DNA of 64,000 bases from Neptuniibacter sp. (GTDB lineage Bacteria > Pseudomonadota > Gammaproteobacteria > Pseudomonadales > Balneatricaceae), in contig JBOEHA010000023.1 of assembly GCA_050633685.1 (NCBI GenBank), positions 29,514-93,513 of the forward strand, read 5' to 3'. A model generated the notes under the pieces. The model did no database searches and had not been told where the DNA came from. It saw only the letters and a list, made by a program, of their open reading frames with translations. The first letter of the stretch is position 1. Every line of letters begins with the position of its first letter. Of the stretch, positions 37,446-47,819 are shown piece by piece. Made by a program: the position numbers and the translations under genes.

Positions 37446-38552
37446 ATGTCTGACCTTAATAATCTGGAATTTTGTCAGAATCGCATTGCGGAATTAGAAG
37501 CAAAACTAGCAGCGACTGAAACACGGCTCTCGCATGAGTCGGAACAGCGGCAGGCTGAAGATGATAAACATGCGGGGTTACATGACCGCTTTAAGCATCT
37601 GCTGCAGCTTTTACCTGCAGGTGTTGTACTGATTGATGGGTCGGGAGTTGTTTCCGATGCCAATTCAGCAGCGGAAGGGTTGCTGGGGACTCCCTTAAAA
37701 GGACGTCCCTGGTTTGAAGTGATCAACCGTAGCTTTGCTCCGCAAAGTGATGATGGTCATGAGGTCTCGCTGAAGGATGGTCGTAAGGTCAGTATCATGA
37801 CGCGGGCGATGGATGTTGAGCCGGGTCAGTTGCTCTTGCTGACGGACCAGACAGAAACCCGCCTGTTACAAAGCCGCCTGTCGCACTACCAGCGGCTTTC
37901 GGAGATGGGGCGAATGATGGCGTCACTGGCCCATCAGATAAGAACGCCTTTATCAGCAGCTTTACTCTATGTGGATCACCTAACAAGACCTGACCTACAG
38001 ATCGAGCAGCGTCAGAAATTTGCCGGGAAGGCGAAGTCGCGTTTAACCAATCTGGAACAACAGGTTCGGGATATGCTGATCTTTGCCCGGGGTGAGATGA
38101 GGTTGGATGATACTGTCTCATCTTCTGAGCTTATGTCAGCACTGGAAGATCTGTTGGATCTTCCATTGGTGAACTATGACGCGGATTGTGATTGTGAAAA
38201 CCTTGCGCCTGATCTGAAGGTTCAATGCAACAAAGAGGCTCTGTTAGGTGTTTGCATGAATCTGGTAGAAAACGCGCTTCAGGCCAGCGGTAAGGGCAGT
38301 GAGCTGCAAGTTCGCTTCTCGGAGAACGATGGCATGCTGAGGCTGGATATATGCGATCAGGGGCCGGGTATGAGTGATGAAGAGATTAATAATGCGCTGC
38401 AGCCTTTTTACACCACCAAATCTCACGGCACGGGTTTAGGGCTGGCTGTTGCTCAGGTCGTTGCTCATGCTCATCAGGGTGTTTTTAAACTCAGCTCATC
38501 AAAAAATGTTGGGACAACTGCCTCAATTTTTATTCCATGCATAACGCCATAA
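37446..38552 (+). CDS. fleS: PAS histidine kinase FleS/FlrB
   Basis: LPAGVVLID, EVSLKDGRKVS, ASLAHQIRTPLSAA, FYTTKSHGTGLGL; real start at 37446. Confidence 0.92.
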   Translation: MSDLNNLEFCQNRIAELEAKLAATETRLSHESEQRQAEDDKHAGLHDRFKHLLQLLPAGVVLIDGSGVVSDANSAAEGLLGTPLKGRPWFEVINRSFAPQSDDGHEVSLKDGRKVSIMTRAMDVEPGQLLLLTDQTETRLLQSRLSHYQRLSEMGRMMASLAHQIRTPLSAALLYVDHLTRPDLQIEQRQKFAGKAKSRLTNLEQQVRDMLIFARGEMRLDDTVSSSELMSALEDLLDLPLVNYDADCDCENLAPDLKVQCNKEALLGVCMNLVENALQASGKGSELQVRFSENDGMLRLDICDQGPGMSDEEINNALQPFYTTKSHGTGLGLAVAQVVAHAHQGVFKLSSSKNVGTTASIFIPCITP

Positions 38553-38586
38553 GCTAAATGTGTAACCGGCTCTTACGGAAATCTTT

Positions 38587-39954
38587 ATGAGTAATAAAAT
38601 CCTGATCGTTGAAGATGATAATGAACTCAGAGAAGCGTTGTGCGACACGCTGGAATTAGCCGGATTTGATTTCCTGGCTGCGGAAGATGCCGAACGGGCT
38701 TTGGTGCTGCTTCAGGAACATCAGGTTGATATGGTGGTCAGTGATGTCAATATGCCGGGTATGGATGGTCATGAGCTGCTGGAAAAAATCAGAGCTGGTT
38801 ACCCCGCCCTGCCTGTAATGTTGATTACTGCTTTTGGTCAGGTTAATAAAGCAGTAGAGGCAATTAAGGCCGGTGCTGTTGATTACCTTATGAAGCCTTT
38901 TGATTCAGATGCTCTGATCTCTGCCGTTCGGCGCTTTGCAATAGGGGAAACGACCAGTCAGGAAGTGGAACAGCCTATTGCTGAGGAGGCCTCCAGTAAA
39001 CAGTTGCTGCAACTTGCCCGTAGGGTCGCTTCGTCTGACTCAACGGTTCTGATTTCTGGTGAGTCGGGCACTGGTAAAGAGGTTTTGGCACAGTATATAC
39101 ACAGCCACTCGAGTCGCGCGGGTAAGCCTTTTATTGCTATTAACTGTGCAGCGATCCCTGAAAATATGCTTGAAGCGACTCTGTTTGGGCATGAAAAAGG
39201 TGCCTTTACGGGGGCATATGCCAGTTCGCCCGGGAAGTTTGAACAAGCTAATGGCGGAACCATCCTGTTAGATGAAATTTCTGAAATGGATCTGGGGCTG
39301 CAAGCTAAATTGCTCCGGGTGCTTCAGGAGCAGGAAGTTGAGCGTATTGGTGGCAGAAAAGTGATCTCTCTTGACGTTCGTGTCCTTGCAACCACAAACA
39401 GGAAGCTGGAAGCCTACGTTAAGGAAGGTAAGTTCAGAGAGGATCTGTTTTATCGTCTTAATGTTTTCCCTTTGCAGTGGAAACCTTTGCGTGAGCGTCG
39501 GTTGGATATAGCGCCGTTAGCTGAAAAACTATTTAGAAAATACTGCCAAAAAATGCACCGATCTCCAGTATCTGTTTCGAGTGAGGTAAAGCAGACTCTT
39601 ACGGATTATTCCTGGCCGGGTAATGTGCGTGAATTAGATAATGTGGTGCAACGGGCATTGATCCTTCAATCAGGAACAGAGATTGGAGTCTCTGATCTGA
39701 TGCTTAATCCAGAAGACCTTCCACAAACGCAGTTTGCTGAACAGGAAAGTAGTGTAGAGGATGATCTGGCGGGTCAACTTGGCGAAGATATGCGCCAGCA
39801 TGAATTTCAGTTGATTATCGATGCCTTGAAAACAACAAATGGTAGCCGTAAAGAAGCATCGGAAAAGCTAGGAATTAGTCCTCGAACGCTGCGCTATAAA
39901 CTGGCTAAAATGCGTGAAATTGGTCTGGATCTGGATAAATTACTCGGCCGTTAG
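38587..39954 (+). CDS. fleR: sigma54 response regulator FleR/FlrC
   Basis: REC (VEDD, VSDVNMP), [26 protein letters not shown]. Confidence 0.93.
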   Translation: MSNKILIVEDDNELREALCDTLELAGFDFLAAEDAERALVLLQEHQVDMVVSDVNMPGMDGHELLEKIRAGYPALPVMLITAFGQVNKAVEAIKAGAVDYLMKPFDSDALISAVRRFAIGETTSQEVEQPIAEEASSKQLLQLARRVASSDSTVLISGESGTGKEVLAQYIHSHSSRAGKPFIAINCAAIPENMLEATLFGHEKGAFTGAYASSPGKFEQANGGTILLDEISEMDLGLQAKLLRVLQEQEVERIGGRKVISLDVRVLATTNRKLEAYVKEGKFREDLFYRLNVFPLQWKPLRERRLDIAPLAEKLFRKYCQKMHRSPVSVSSEVKQTLTDYSWPGNVRELDNVVQRALILQSGTEIGVSDLMLNPEDLPQTQFAEQESSVEDDLAGQLGEDMRQHEFQLIIDALKTTNGSRKEASEKLGISPRTLRYKLAKMREIGLDLDKLLGR

Positions 39955-40187
39955 AGCCTCAAAAACAGCCTTAAATTAAAAAAATTACGAAAAACAGGCT
40001 GTGATTGACAAGAATAATTGTCGAGCCGACTTTCATCATGTTATAGATAAGACCGGTAATACGCAGTTCATAGTGTTCGAATTGCGAATTGTCAGATTGT
40101 GCTTTCACAAAGCGTAATAACAATAACAAGTATATATAACAAAAAGAGTTTTCGGTCAGGTAGAGTAGAATTCGATAGTACCCATAG

Positions 40188-40199
40188 AGACTAAGGTCT
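40188..40199. promoter_or_regulatory. Palindrome upstream of acs, candidate CrbR site
   Basis: AGAC-TAAG-GTCT. Confidence 0.45.
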
Positions 40200-40351
40200 T
40201 ATCTTGGATATACCAATGTCTAATTCAGGGTATTGTCATCACTTCTGTATAAATCTAAGTCCCGATGGGACCTCGCTGGCTGAGAATAAGAATGTACAAA
40301 TGCTTGTGATGGCTATCCACGATAAATAATAATCAAGCTAAGGGCATCACG

Positions 40352-42301
40352 ATGAGTGAAAAGGTATATCCAGTAAGTCCGGAAATCGCAGCTAACGCGC
40401 ACATTGACAACGAAAAATATCAGGCAATGTACGAGCAGTCAGTAAATGATCCGGATACATTCTGGGGCGAAGCAGGTAAGCGCCTAGATTGGTTCAAACC
40501 ATATACAAAAGTTAAAAACACTTCTTTTGATCCGCATAATGTTGATATCCGTTGGTATGAAGACGGAACTCTGAACGTATCTCATAACTGTCTTGACCGT
40601 CATCTTGAAACGCGCGGCGACCAGGTTGCTATTATCTGGGAAGGTGATGACCCAAGTGAATCTGAAAATATTACTTACCGCGATCTGCATGAGCGCGTGT
40701 GTAAGTTTGCAAACGCACTGAAAGCACAGGGTGTTGAGAAGGGTGACGTTGTAACTCTTTACCTTCCAATGATTCCTGAAGCTGCTGTAGCAATGCTGGC
40801 TTGTACGCGTATTGGTGCTGTTCACTCAATCGTATTCGGTGGTTTCTCTCCAGAAGCACTGGCGGCACGTATTGAAGGTGCGAACTCTAAAGTTGTTGTA
40901 ACGTCTAACTACTCTCTGCGTGCTGGCAAGTCTGTTCCTCTAAAAGCGAACGTTGATAAAGCTCTGGAGCATGAAGCTGCTAAAGCTGCTGTAGAAAGCG
41001 TTATTGTGGTTAACCGTGTTGACCAGGATGTTGCTTGGAATGACAGCGTTGACGTTTGGTACGAAGAACTGGTTGCTGCAGCTTCTGCAGACTGCCCAGC
41101 TGAAGAGCTGAATGCAGAAGACCCAATGTTCATTCTTTACACATCTGGTTCTACAGGTGCTCCAAAAGGTCTGAAGCACACTACAGGTGGTTACCTGGTA
41201 TATGCGTCTATGACTCATGAGTACGCATTTGACTACAAAGAAGGCGACATCTACTGGTGTACTGCTGACGTTGGTTGGGTAACAGGTCACAGCTATATCG
41301 TATATGGACCTCTGGCGAACGGCGCAACTTCTCTGATGTTTGAAGGTGTACCAAGCTACCCGGATAACAGCCGCTTCGGCCGTGTTATCGAAAAACATAA
41401 AGTTAACCAGTTCTACACTGCACCAACGGCTATCCGTGCACTGATGCAGCAGGGCGAAGACGTACTGGGTGACTCTGATCTGTCTACTCTACGTATTCTG
41501 GGTTCTGTAGGTGAGCCAATCAACCCAGAAGCATGGGATTGGTACCACCGTATTATCGGTCAGGGCCGCTGCCCAATCGTTGATACTTGGTGGCAGACAG
41601 AAACTGGCGGCATGATGATTCTGCCTCTGCCAGGTGCATGTGACGCTAAGCCAGGTGCTGCTTCTCGTCCATTCTTCGGTGTTCAACCAGCGCTGCTTGA
41701 TGCAGATGGTAAAACACTGGAAGGTGCAACTGACGGTAATCTGGTTATTACTGATTCTTGGCCATCACAGGCACGTTCTATCTGGGGTGATCACGAGCGC
41801 TTTACTCAGACGTACTTCAGTACTTACAAAGGCGTTTACACTACCGGTGATGGCGCTCGTCGCGACGAAGATGGTTACTACTGGATCACAGGCCGTGTAG
41901 ATGACGTAATCAACGTATCTGGTCACCGTATGGGTACTGCCGAAGTAGAATCTGCTCTGGTAGCTCACGAAGCGGTTGCTGAAGCGGCTGTAGTAGGTTA
42001 CCCGCACGAAGTTAAGGGTCAGGGTATCTACGTATACGTAACTCTGCAGGCTGGTTTCGAACAGTCTGACGAGCTTCTGAAAGAACTGCGTCTGCATGTA
42101 CGTAAAGAAATTGGACCAATTGCATCACCTGATTTGATCCAGTTTGCGCCAGGCATGCCTAAGACTCGTTCTGGTAAGATCATGCGTCGTATCCTGCGTA
42201 AGATTGCAGAAGATGATTTCGATGCGCTGGGTGACACTTCTACCCTGGCTGATCCATCAGTTGTTGATGACCTGATCGACAACCGCATGAACCGCAAGTA
42301 A
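40352..42301 (+). CDS. acs: Acetyl-CoA synthetase
   Basis: [51 protein letters not shown]. Confidence 0.97.
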   Translation: MSEKVYPVSPEIAANAHIDNEKYQAMYEQSVNDPDTFWGEAGKRLDWFKPYTKVKNTSFDPHNVDIRWYEDGTLNVSHNCLDRHLETRGDQVAIIWEGDDPSESENITYRDLHERVCKFANALKAQGVEKGDVVTLYLPMIPEAAVAMLACTRIGAVHSIVFGGFSPEALAARIEGANSKVVVTSNYSLRAGKSVPLKANVDKALEHEAAKAAVESVIVVNRVDQDVAWNDSVDVWYEELVAAASADCPAEELNAEDPMFILYTSGSTGAPKGLKHTTGGYLVYASMTHEYAFDYKEGDIYWCTADVGWVTGHSYIVYGPLANGATSLMFEGVPSYPDNSRFGRVIEKHKVNQFYTAPTAIRALMQQGEDVLGDSDLSTLRILGSVGEPINPEAWDWYHRIIGQGRCPIVDTWWQTETGGMMILPLPGACDAKPGAASRPFFGVQPALLDADGKTLEGATDGNLVITDSWPSQARSIWGDHERFTQTYFSTYKGVYTTGDGARRDEDGYYWITGRVDDVINVSGHRMGTAEVESALVAHEAVAEAAVVGYPHEVKGQGIYVYVTLQAGFEQSDELLKELRLHVRKEIGPIASPDLIQFAPGMPKTRSGKIMRRILRKIAEDDFDALGDTSTLADPSVVDDLIDNRMNRK

Positions 42302-42327
42302 AGACTAATTTATTAGTCATTAGTAAC

Positions 42328-42375
42328 AAAAACTCCCGCCGGGCTAGGAAATACCTAGTCTTGCGGGAGTTTTTT
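42328..42375 (+). terminator. acs terminator
   Basis: AAAAACTCCCGC..GGCTAGG-AAATA-CCTAGTC..GCGGGAGTTTTTT. Confidence 0.85.
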
Positions 42376-42458
42376 GTTTTATAGTGTAGTTGCGCCGAGG
42401 GAAAGCCATTTCTTCAGGTCAGCGTTCTATCAGGATTTCTTAAGGGGGAACTGAACGC

Positions 42459-43124
42459 ATGCAGTTAGCACAAAAAATTATAATCGCAGACGACCATCCT
42501 TTGTTCCGAGCTGCGTTAAAACAGGCGGTTGCGCAAGCGTTGCCTGGCGTTGAAACAATTGAAGCGGATTCTTTACAGGCGGTTCAAGCAGCAGTAGATC
42601 AGCACTCGGATGCCGATTTAGTACTGCTAGATATCCATATGCCTGGTACAAATGGTTTTTCTGGTTTAGTTTTCCTACGCGGTCAGAATCCGGGTATTCC
42701 GGTTGTGGTCGTTTCTGGTAGTGAACAGCCGAATGTCATGAAGCGAGCGATTGATTACGGTGCATCCGGTTTTATTCCTAAATCAGCACCTCTGGATACC
42801 ATTGGCGAAGCTATTGTTGCGGTGCTTCAAGGGGAGGAGTGGTTGCCTCAGGAAGTAGCGGACAATCTGGGTGATGTCAGTGAAGATGATCAGAAATTTG
42901 CTGCTGCTCTTGCGGCGCTGACGCCGCAGCAGTTCAGAGTGCTGACGATGCTAACCGAAGGGTTGTTAAATAAGCAGATTGCGTATGAATTGAGCGTTTC
43001 TGAAGCGACCATCAAGGCTCATGTAACTGCAATTTTGCGTAAGCTTGGTGTTCATAGCCGTACTCAGGCAGTAATTGCAGCACAAAGGCTGGGTGTTGAA
43101 CCACCGAAGACAGACCTCGAGTGA
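42459..43124 (+). CDS. LuxR/NarL family response regulator (CrbR/ErdR-like)
   Basis: IADDHPLFR, LLDIHMPG, LTPQQFRVL..L.EGLLNKQIAYEL.VSEATIKAHVTAILRKL. Confidence 0.88.
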   Translation: MQLAQKIIIADDHPLFRAALKQAVAQALPGVETIEADSLQAVQAAVDQHSDADLVLLDIHMPGTNGFSGLVFLRGQNPGIPVVVVSGSEQPNVMKRAIDYGASGFIPKSAPLDTIGEAIVAVLQGEEWLPQEVADNLGDVSEDDQKFAAALAALTPQQFRVLTMLTEGLLNKQIAYELSVSEATIKAHVTAILRKLGVHSRTQAVIAAQRLGVEPPKTDLE

Positions 43125-43154
43125 TCACAACTTAAGTACTCAAGGCTTAAAGTT

Positions 43155-43181
43155 AAAAAGGCGCTTAATAGCGCCTTTTTT
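43155..43181. terminator. Bidirectional terminator between the convergent regulator and sensor genes
   Basis: AAAAAGGCGCT-TAAT-AGCGCCTTTTTT. Confidence 0.85.
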
Positions 43182-43202
43182 GTGCTTAAGCAGCAGCTCG
43201 GA

Positions 43203-46200
43203 TTAGCTGATGTCACCGGCGCGTGAAGTGGCAATGGTTTTGTTGATCATAGCCCGGAGTGCGGCAGGTCGGATCGGTTTTGTCAGTAGCTGTGCACCGT
43301 ATTCTTCAACTTCCACTTTGACTTCTTCAGTGCGATCCGCTGTGATCACGATTGCAGGTACTGATTTTTCCAGTAGAGGTTCTAGTTCCTTGAGTGCCAT
43401 GATTCCGGTAAGTGTTTCAGACAAATGATAGTCGGCTAGAATCAGTTCAGGCTGGAAGGATTCAGAGTTAACCAGAGCAACCGCTGCTTCAGAGGAGATG
43501 GCTGTTTTGCATATACAGCCCCAGCCATTAAGAAGAGCAGACATACCTTCAAGAATTTTAGGTTCATTATCGATGACCAGTACGCTGATTCCATTCAGGC
43601 CTTTACTGCGAATCCAGCCGCGTTTTTCGGGTTTTGGTTTTATTGCTTTGCTCTTATCGCCTAATGGAACTTCTATACTGAATACAGTGCCTTTTGTTGG
43701 CCATGAGCGTACCTGTAACCTATGATTGAGCATTTTGGCGATACGCTCGGTAATTGCTAAGCCCAATCCAAGCCCCTGAACCTGAGAGTGTCTAGGATTA
43801 TCGATACGGCGAAATTCTTCAAAGACCTCTTTGAGCTTATCCTCAGGAATGCCGACACCGGTATCCCATACTTCTATGCGCAGCATGTTTTTTCTGCGGC
43901 GGCAGCCCAGTAAAACTTTGCCTTCCTGAGTGTAACGGATGGCATTGGATATGAAGTTTTGAATGATTCGTCTCAATAGCTGCTGGTCTGAGCGAACCAC
44001 TTCTTTGCATGACTGGTATCTGAAGTTAAGTTCCTTTTTCTCTGCGACCGCAGTGTAATCAGTCCCCAGAGTGGAGAACATATCCTCAAGAGAGAAATCT
44101 GTGATTGAAGGCTCCAGAGCGCCAGCATCAAGCTTGGATATATCCAGAATTGCCGTAATAAGCTCTTCAGCTGCGGTAAGAGAGCCGTTAAGGTTCTCCA
44201 CAAGTGTACGGGTATCATCGGTGTGACTTTGCTGTGCCAGTGCTGAGGTGAAGAGTCTCGCGGCATTCAAAGGTTGCAGCAAGTCGTGACTTGCTGATGC
44301 CAGAAAGCGGGTTTTACCCAGATTAGCTTCATCGGCATCTGATTTTGCCTGCCTGAGTTCATCTTCCATGAGTGAGCGGATGGTGTTTTCTTTACGCAGC
44401 TCCTTGTTTACAACAGAGAGGGCGTGAGTTCGCTCCCGAACCCTTTGCTCCAGTGTTTCGTTGGTTTCTTTTAGGGCTTGTTCTGCCTTTTTCCTTTCGG
44501 TTATGTCTTGATAAAGGGAGAAATATCCAAGTATGTCGCCATATTCCCCGATGTGAGGGATGTATTTAACTTCGGCGTAGCGGATTTCGTTGTTCTGGCT
44601 GGGTAGTGTGGTAATGAACTGTTGCTGTTTGCCGGTCAGAACGCCGGTAATGTACGGGCGACGTATTTCGTAAGCTTCCGTAGGCATGACTGTGTAGCAG
44701 GGTTGTCCGCTGATTGTCTTGCGATCAAGGCCAAAGGTGTCCGCATAGGCTTTGTTGACAAAGAGATAGCGCCTTTCCGGATCTAAATAGGCGATGAGAA
44801 CAGGCACATTGTCAGTGTAGATACGAATGTTCTGCTCGCTTTCACGTAATGCTTCTTCAATGTGTTTGTGGTTGGTTATATCCATATAGGTATTAACATA
44901 ACCACCGTTTGGCATTGGGTTGCCTCGCACCTCAAGAACGGTGCCATCGGGGCGGAAGCGCTCGTAACTATGGCGCTTGCCGGATTGAAGGATTTTCAGT
45001 CGCTTGGAAACTTCTTTGTCGGTATCCGTTGGGCCGTATTCCCCTTTCATTGCGTTAAAGCGGAAAACCTCTTCAATCGGGCGGCCTACGCATATCAATC
45101 CTTCCGGGTAATCAAACATCTCAATATACACACGGTTCCACGCCACGAGTCGCATTTGCTGATCGACTACGCTAATGCCCAGGCTGATGTTTTCAATGGT
45201 TGACTGCAGTAAGGATCGATTAAATCTGAGCGCCTGAGAGGCTTCGTCAACGATAGTAACAACATCGCCGATGTGCATATCCCGACCTCTTAGAGTAGAG
45301 GCCAGGACAATGCGTGCAGATGAGGCTCCAATAACGCCCGATAACAGGCGTTCAGTAAATTGAATTAATTCCGGTGTGGCTTTGTCTCCTGCAAGAGGCA
45401 TCTCTTCGCTTTTTTGCAGGGCAAAACCGGTGAACGCATGCTGAGTTCTGCTAATGCCAAGAAATCTCTCAGTCAGCATTTGCAGGTCGCCTACGGTCAC
45501 TTGTCCATAATGACGAGAGGTTTCTGTCAGATCTTTGCTGTAAACATCGACAAAGGCGCTTGCCTGGATACGGTCGACCATACGGATTGGGGTGTACAGG
45601 GATACAAGGACATAGAGACATGTATTCACGGCTACACTCCAGAAAACCCCGTGGGTCAGAGGGTCCAGAGCGGTGATGCCAAATAGAGAGGTGGGGTTGA
45701 GAAGTTCAATGCCAAAGATGCCGCTATTCAGATATTCTGGTCCAACTAGCCCGGCTTCACTGAATGAAGGCAATACTAGGGTGTAAAGCCATAGCAGGAA
45801 GCCGCCAATCAGACCGGCTAAAACGCCGTGTCGGGAGCCTCTTTTCCAGTAGATGCCACCCAAAATTGCGGGCAAAAATTGTGTTGCTGCAACAAACGCT
45901 AATAAGCCGAAAGAGGCTAGGGTCGATTGTTCTCCAAGAATTCGGTAGTAGAAATACGCCAGAATCATCAGGCACATAATTGTGATGCGCCTCACGCGTA
46001 ACAAGAGCGCGCCAACATCCTGATTGCTGGAGAGATTGAGCCAGGAGATGCGGAAAAGCAGCGGCATGATGATGTCGTTACAGACCATGGTAGCCAGTGT
46101 AATACTTGCCACAATTACCATGCTGGTGGAAGCAGATAGTCCGCCAATGAAAGCGAAGGTTGCCAGGCTTTTATGCCCCTCAATAAGTGGGAGCATCAGT

Positions 46201-47144
46201 ACAATTGTATCGGGGTCGATGTTGCTGTCGTGGAAATGAACCATGCCCGCTGTGGCAATAGGCATGACAAATGCTGCCAGTAATATCAGGTATAAAGGGA
46301 ACAGCCAGCGGGCCAATTTAAGGTGCCCAGGGTTAGTGTTTTCTACAATGGTGACGTGAAATTGACGCGGTAGACAGATCACTGCCGCGCAGGCCAGAAG
46401 GGTTTCCGTTATAAAGCTGTCCTGTAACAGCGAATTGTAGTTGCTGTTGTTTTGCAGTTGGACAGCAATGTTATATGCCATGTCATCGAAACTATCAAAG
46501 ATCTCAAAGGTGACAAATAAGCCGACGGCGATAAAAGCGGCGAGTTTGATGATCGATTCAAAAGCAACTGCCAGGACAAGTCCTTCATGGTGTTCCGTAG
46601 CGTCTATGTGTCTGGTGCCGAATAAAATGGAAAAAATCGCCATGATAATGGCCACAAAGAGCGCTGTGTCACTACCTTTATTCAGCAGTTCATCCGCACC
46701 TGGGGCGATAGCGTTGTAACTGATTGCAACCGCTTTAAGCTGCATTGCAATATACGGCATGGTGCCAGTAACCGCGATGATGGTGATTAAAACTGCAAGG
46801 GCCTGGCTTTTGCCGTAGCGGGAGGAGATGAAGTCAGAAATGGTGGTTATGTTTTGTTGCTTACTCACCAGAATCATTTTTTCGATCATGCGCCAAGCGA
46901 AGATGAAAACGATGACAGGGCCGAGGTAAGTGGCTAAAAACTCCCATCCACTTGTTGTGGCTCTCCCTACGGCGCCATAAAAGGTCCAGGAAGAACAGTA
47001 CACCGCCAGAGAGAGAGAGTAGATGATCGGTCGGCTGATAAGGTGCTTATTTCGTTCGGCGGATTTGTCGCCATAGTAAGCAATTGCAAAAAGAAGGCTG
47101 AGGTAGCCTAGCGAGATAAGAATGATTGACCAGCCTGACAACAT
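43203..47144 (-). CDS. SLC5-STAC-PAS hybrid histidine kinase (CrbS/MxtR-like)
   Basis: N-terminal sodium:solute-symporter-like TM domain (YSLSLAVYCSSWTFYGAVG), PAS domains, H-box ASHDLLQPL, DTGVGI, GLGLGL, C-terminal REC. Confidence 0.9.
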   Translation of the reverse strand: MLSGWSIILISLGYLSLLFAIAYYGDKSAERNKHLISRPIIYSLSLAVYCSSWTFYGAVGRATTSGWEFLATYLGPVIVFIFAWRMIEKMILVSKQQNITTISDFISSRYGKSQALAVLITIIAVTGTMPYIAMQLKAVAISYNAIAPGADELLNKGSDTALFVAIIMAIFSILFGTRHIDATEHHEGLVLAVAFESIIKLAAFIAVGLFVTFEIFDSFDDMAYNIAVQLQNNSNYNSLLQDSFITETLLACAAVICLPRQFHVTIVENTNPGHLKLARWLFPLYLILLAAFVMPIATAGMVHFHDSNIDPDTIVLMLPLIEGHKSLATFAFIGGLSASTSMVIVASITLATMVCNDIIMPLLFRISWLNLSSNQDVGALLLRVRRITIMCLMILAYFYYRILGEQSTLASFGLLAFVAATQFLPAILGGIYWKRGSRHGVLAGLIGGFLLWLYTLVLPSFSEAGLVGPEYLNSGIFGIELLNPTSLFGITALDPLTHGVFWSVAVNTCLYVLVSLYTPIRMVDRIQASAFVDVYSKDLTETSRHYGQVTVGDLQMLTERFLGISRTQHAFTGFALQKSEEMPLAGDKATPELIQFTERLLSGVIGASSARIVLASTLRGRDMHIGDVVTIVDEASQALRFNRSLLQSTIENISLGISVVDQQMRLVAWNRVYIEMFDYPEGLICVGRPIEEVFRFNAMKGEYGPTDTDKEVSKRLKILQSGKRHSYERFRPDGTVLEVRGNPMPNGGYVNTYMDITNHKHIEEALRESEQNIRIYTDNVPVLIAYLDPERRYLFVNKAYADTFGLDRKTISGQPCYTVMPTEAYEIRRPYITGVLTGKQQQFITTLPSQNNEIRYAEVKYIPHIGEYGDILGYFSLYQDITERKKAEQALKETNETLEQRVRERTHALSVVNKELRKENTIRSLMEDELRQAKSDADEANLGKTRFLASASHDLLQPLNAARLFTSALAQQSHTDDTRTLVENLNGSLTAAEELITAILDISKLDAGALEPSITDFSLEDMFSTLGTDYTAVAEKKELNFRYQSCKEVVRSDQQLLRRIIQNFISNAIRYTQEGKVLLGCRRRKNMLRIEVWDTGVGIPEDKLKEVFEEFRRIDNPRHSQVQGLGLGLAITERIAKMLNHRLQVRSWPTKGTVFSIEVPLGDKSKAIKPKPEKRGWIRSKGLNGISVLVIDNEPKILEGMSALLNGWGCICKTAISSEAAVALVNSESFQPELILADYHLSETLTGIMALKELEPLLEKSVPAIVITADRTEEVKVEVEEYGAQLLTKPIRPAALRAMINKTIATSRAGDIS

Positions 47145-47525
47145 ATCTCTGTGACCCGGAAACTTGGTTAAGAATTTTGCTTAAGAATCTTTGAAACAGT
47201 TCTGTTAGAGCCTACACGACTTCTTCTCAGTTTTGTTAGACATTAGTGTACTTATATTTTTACTAATGGGCTCAAATAATAGTGATTCAGTGCACTGAAA
47301 TCCATTGTGCGGTTGCTGGTAAGACCTTTGTATAGCTTGTTGTTGTTATTAGCTTTTTTTATCTTAGGGGGTATTCAGCCTGAAAGGTTGATTGTAGCGG
47401 TGTAGAGTGCTGTATGAGCTGTGCGTGTCGACTAAAGTTGAGCTTTGTTTGACCGCGCTGTCTGATAGTCTCTATCTCTCTGAAAGTTTTAGCCAATTTG
47501 AAATAACAAAAATAAGGATGGTGCT

Positions 47526-47786
47526 ATGTCAATCAGTAATGAGCAGGCGCAAGCCTACTGGCGCGAAAATTTGCGCATCATTATGACTCACCTCGCGGTT
47601 TGGTTCGTAGTTTCCTACGGCTGCGCGATCCTGTTTGTTGAACAGCTTAACGAGATTCCATTCTTTGGTTTCCCATTAGGTTTCTGGTTCGGTCAGCAGG
47701 GGTCAATCTTCGTATTCGTCATCTTGATCTGGACATACGTGTTCAGTATGAACAAGCTTGACGAGAAGTATGACGTTCACGAATAA
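47526..47786 (+). CDS. DUF4212 small membrane protein (symporter partner)
   Basis: YWRENL, WFVVSYG, GFPLGFWFGQQGS. Confidence 0.85.
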   Translation: MSISNEQAQAYWRENLRIIMTHLAVWFVVSYGCAILFVEQLNEIPFFGFPLGFWFGQQGSIFVFVILIWTYVFSMNKLDEKYDVHE

Positions 47787-47819
47787 CAATAATAATTTTT
47801 AGTTTAGGACGGCATTGCT

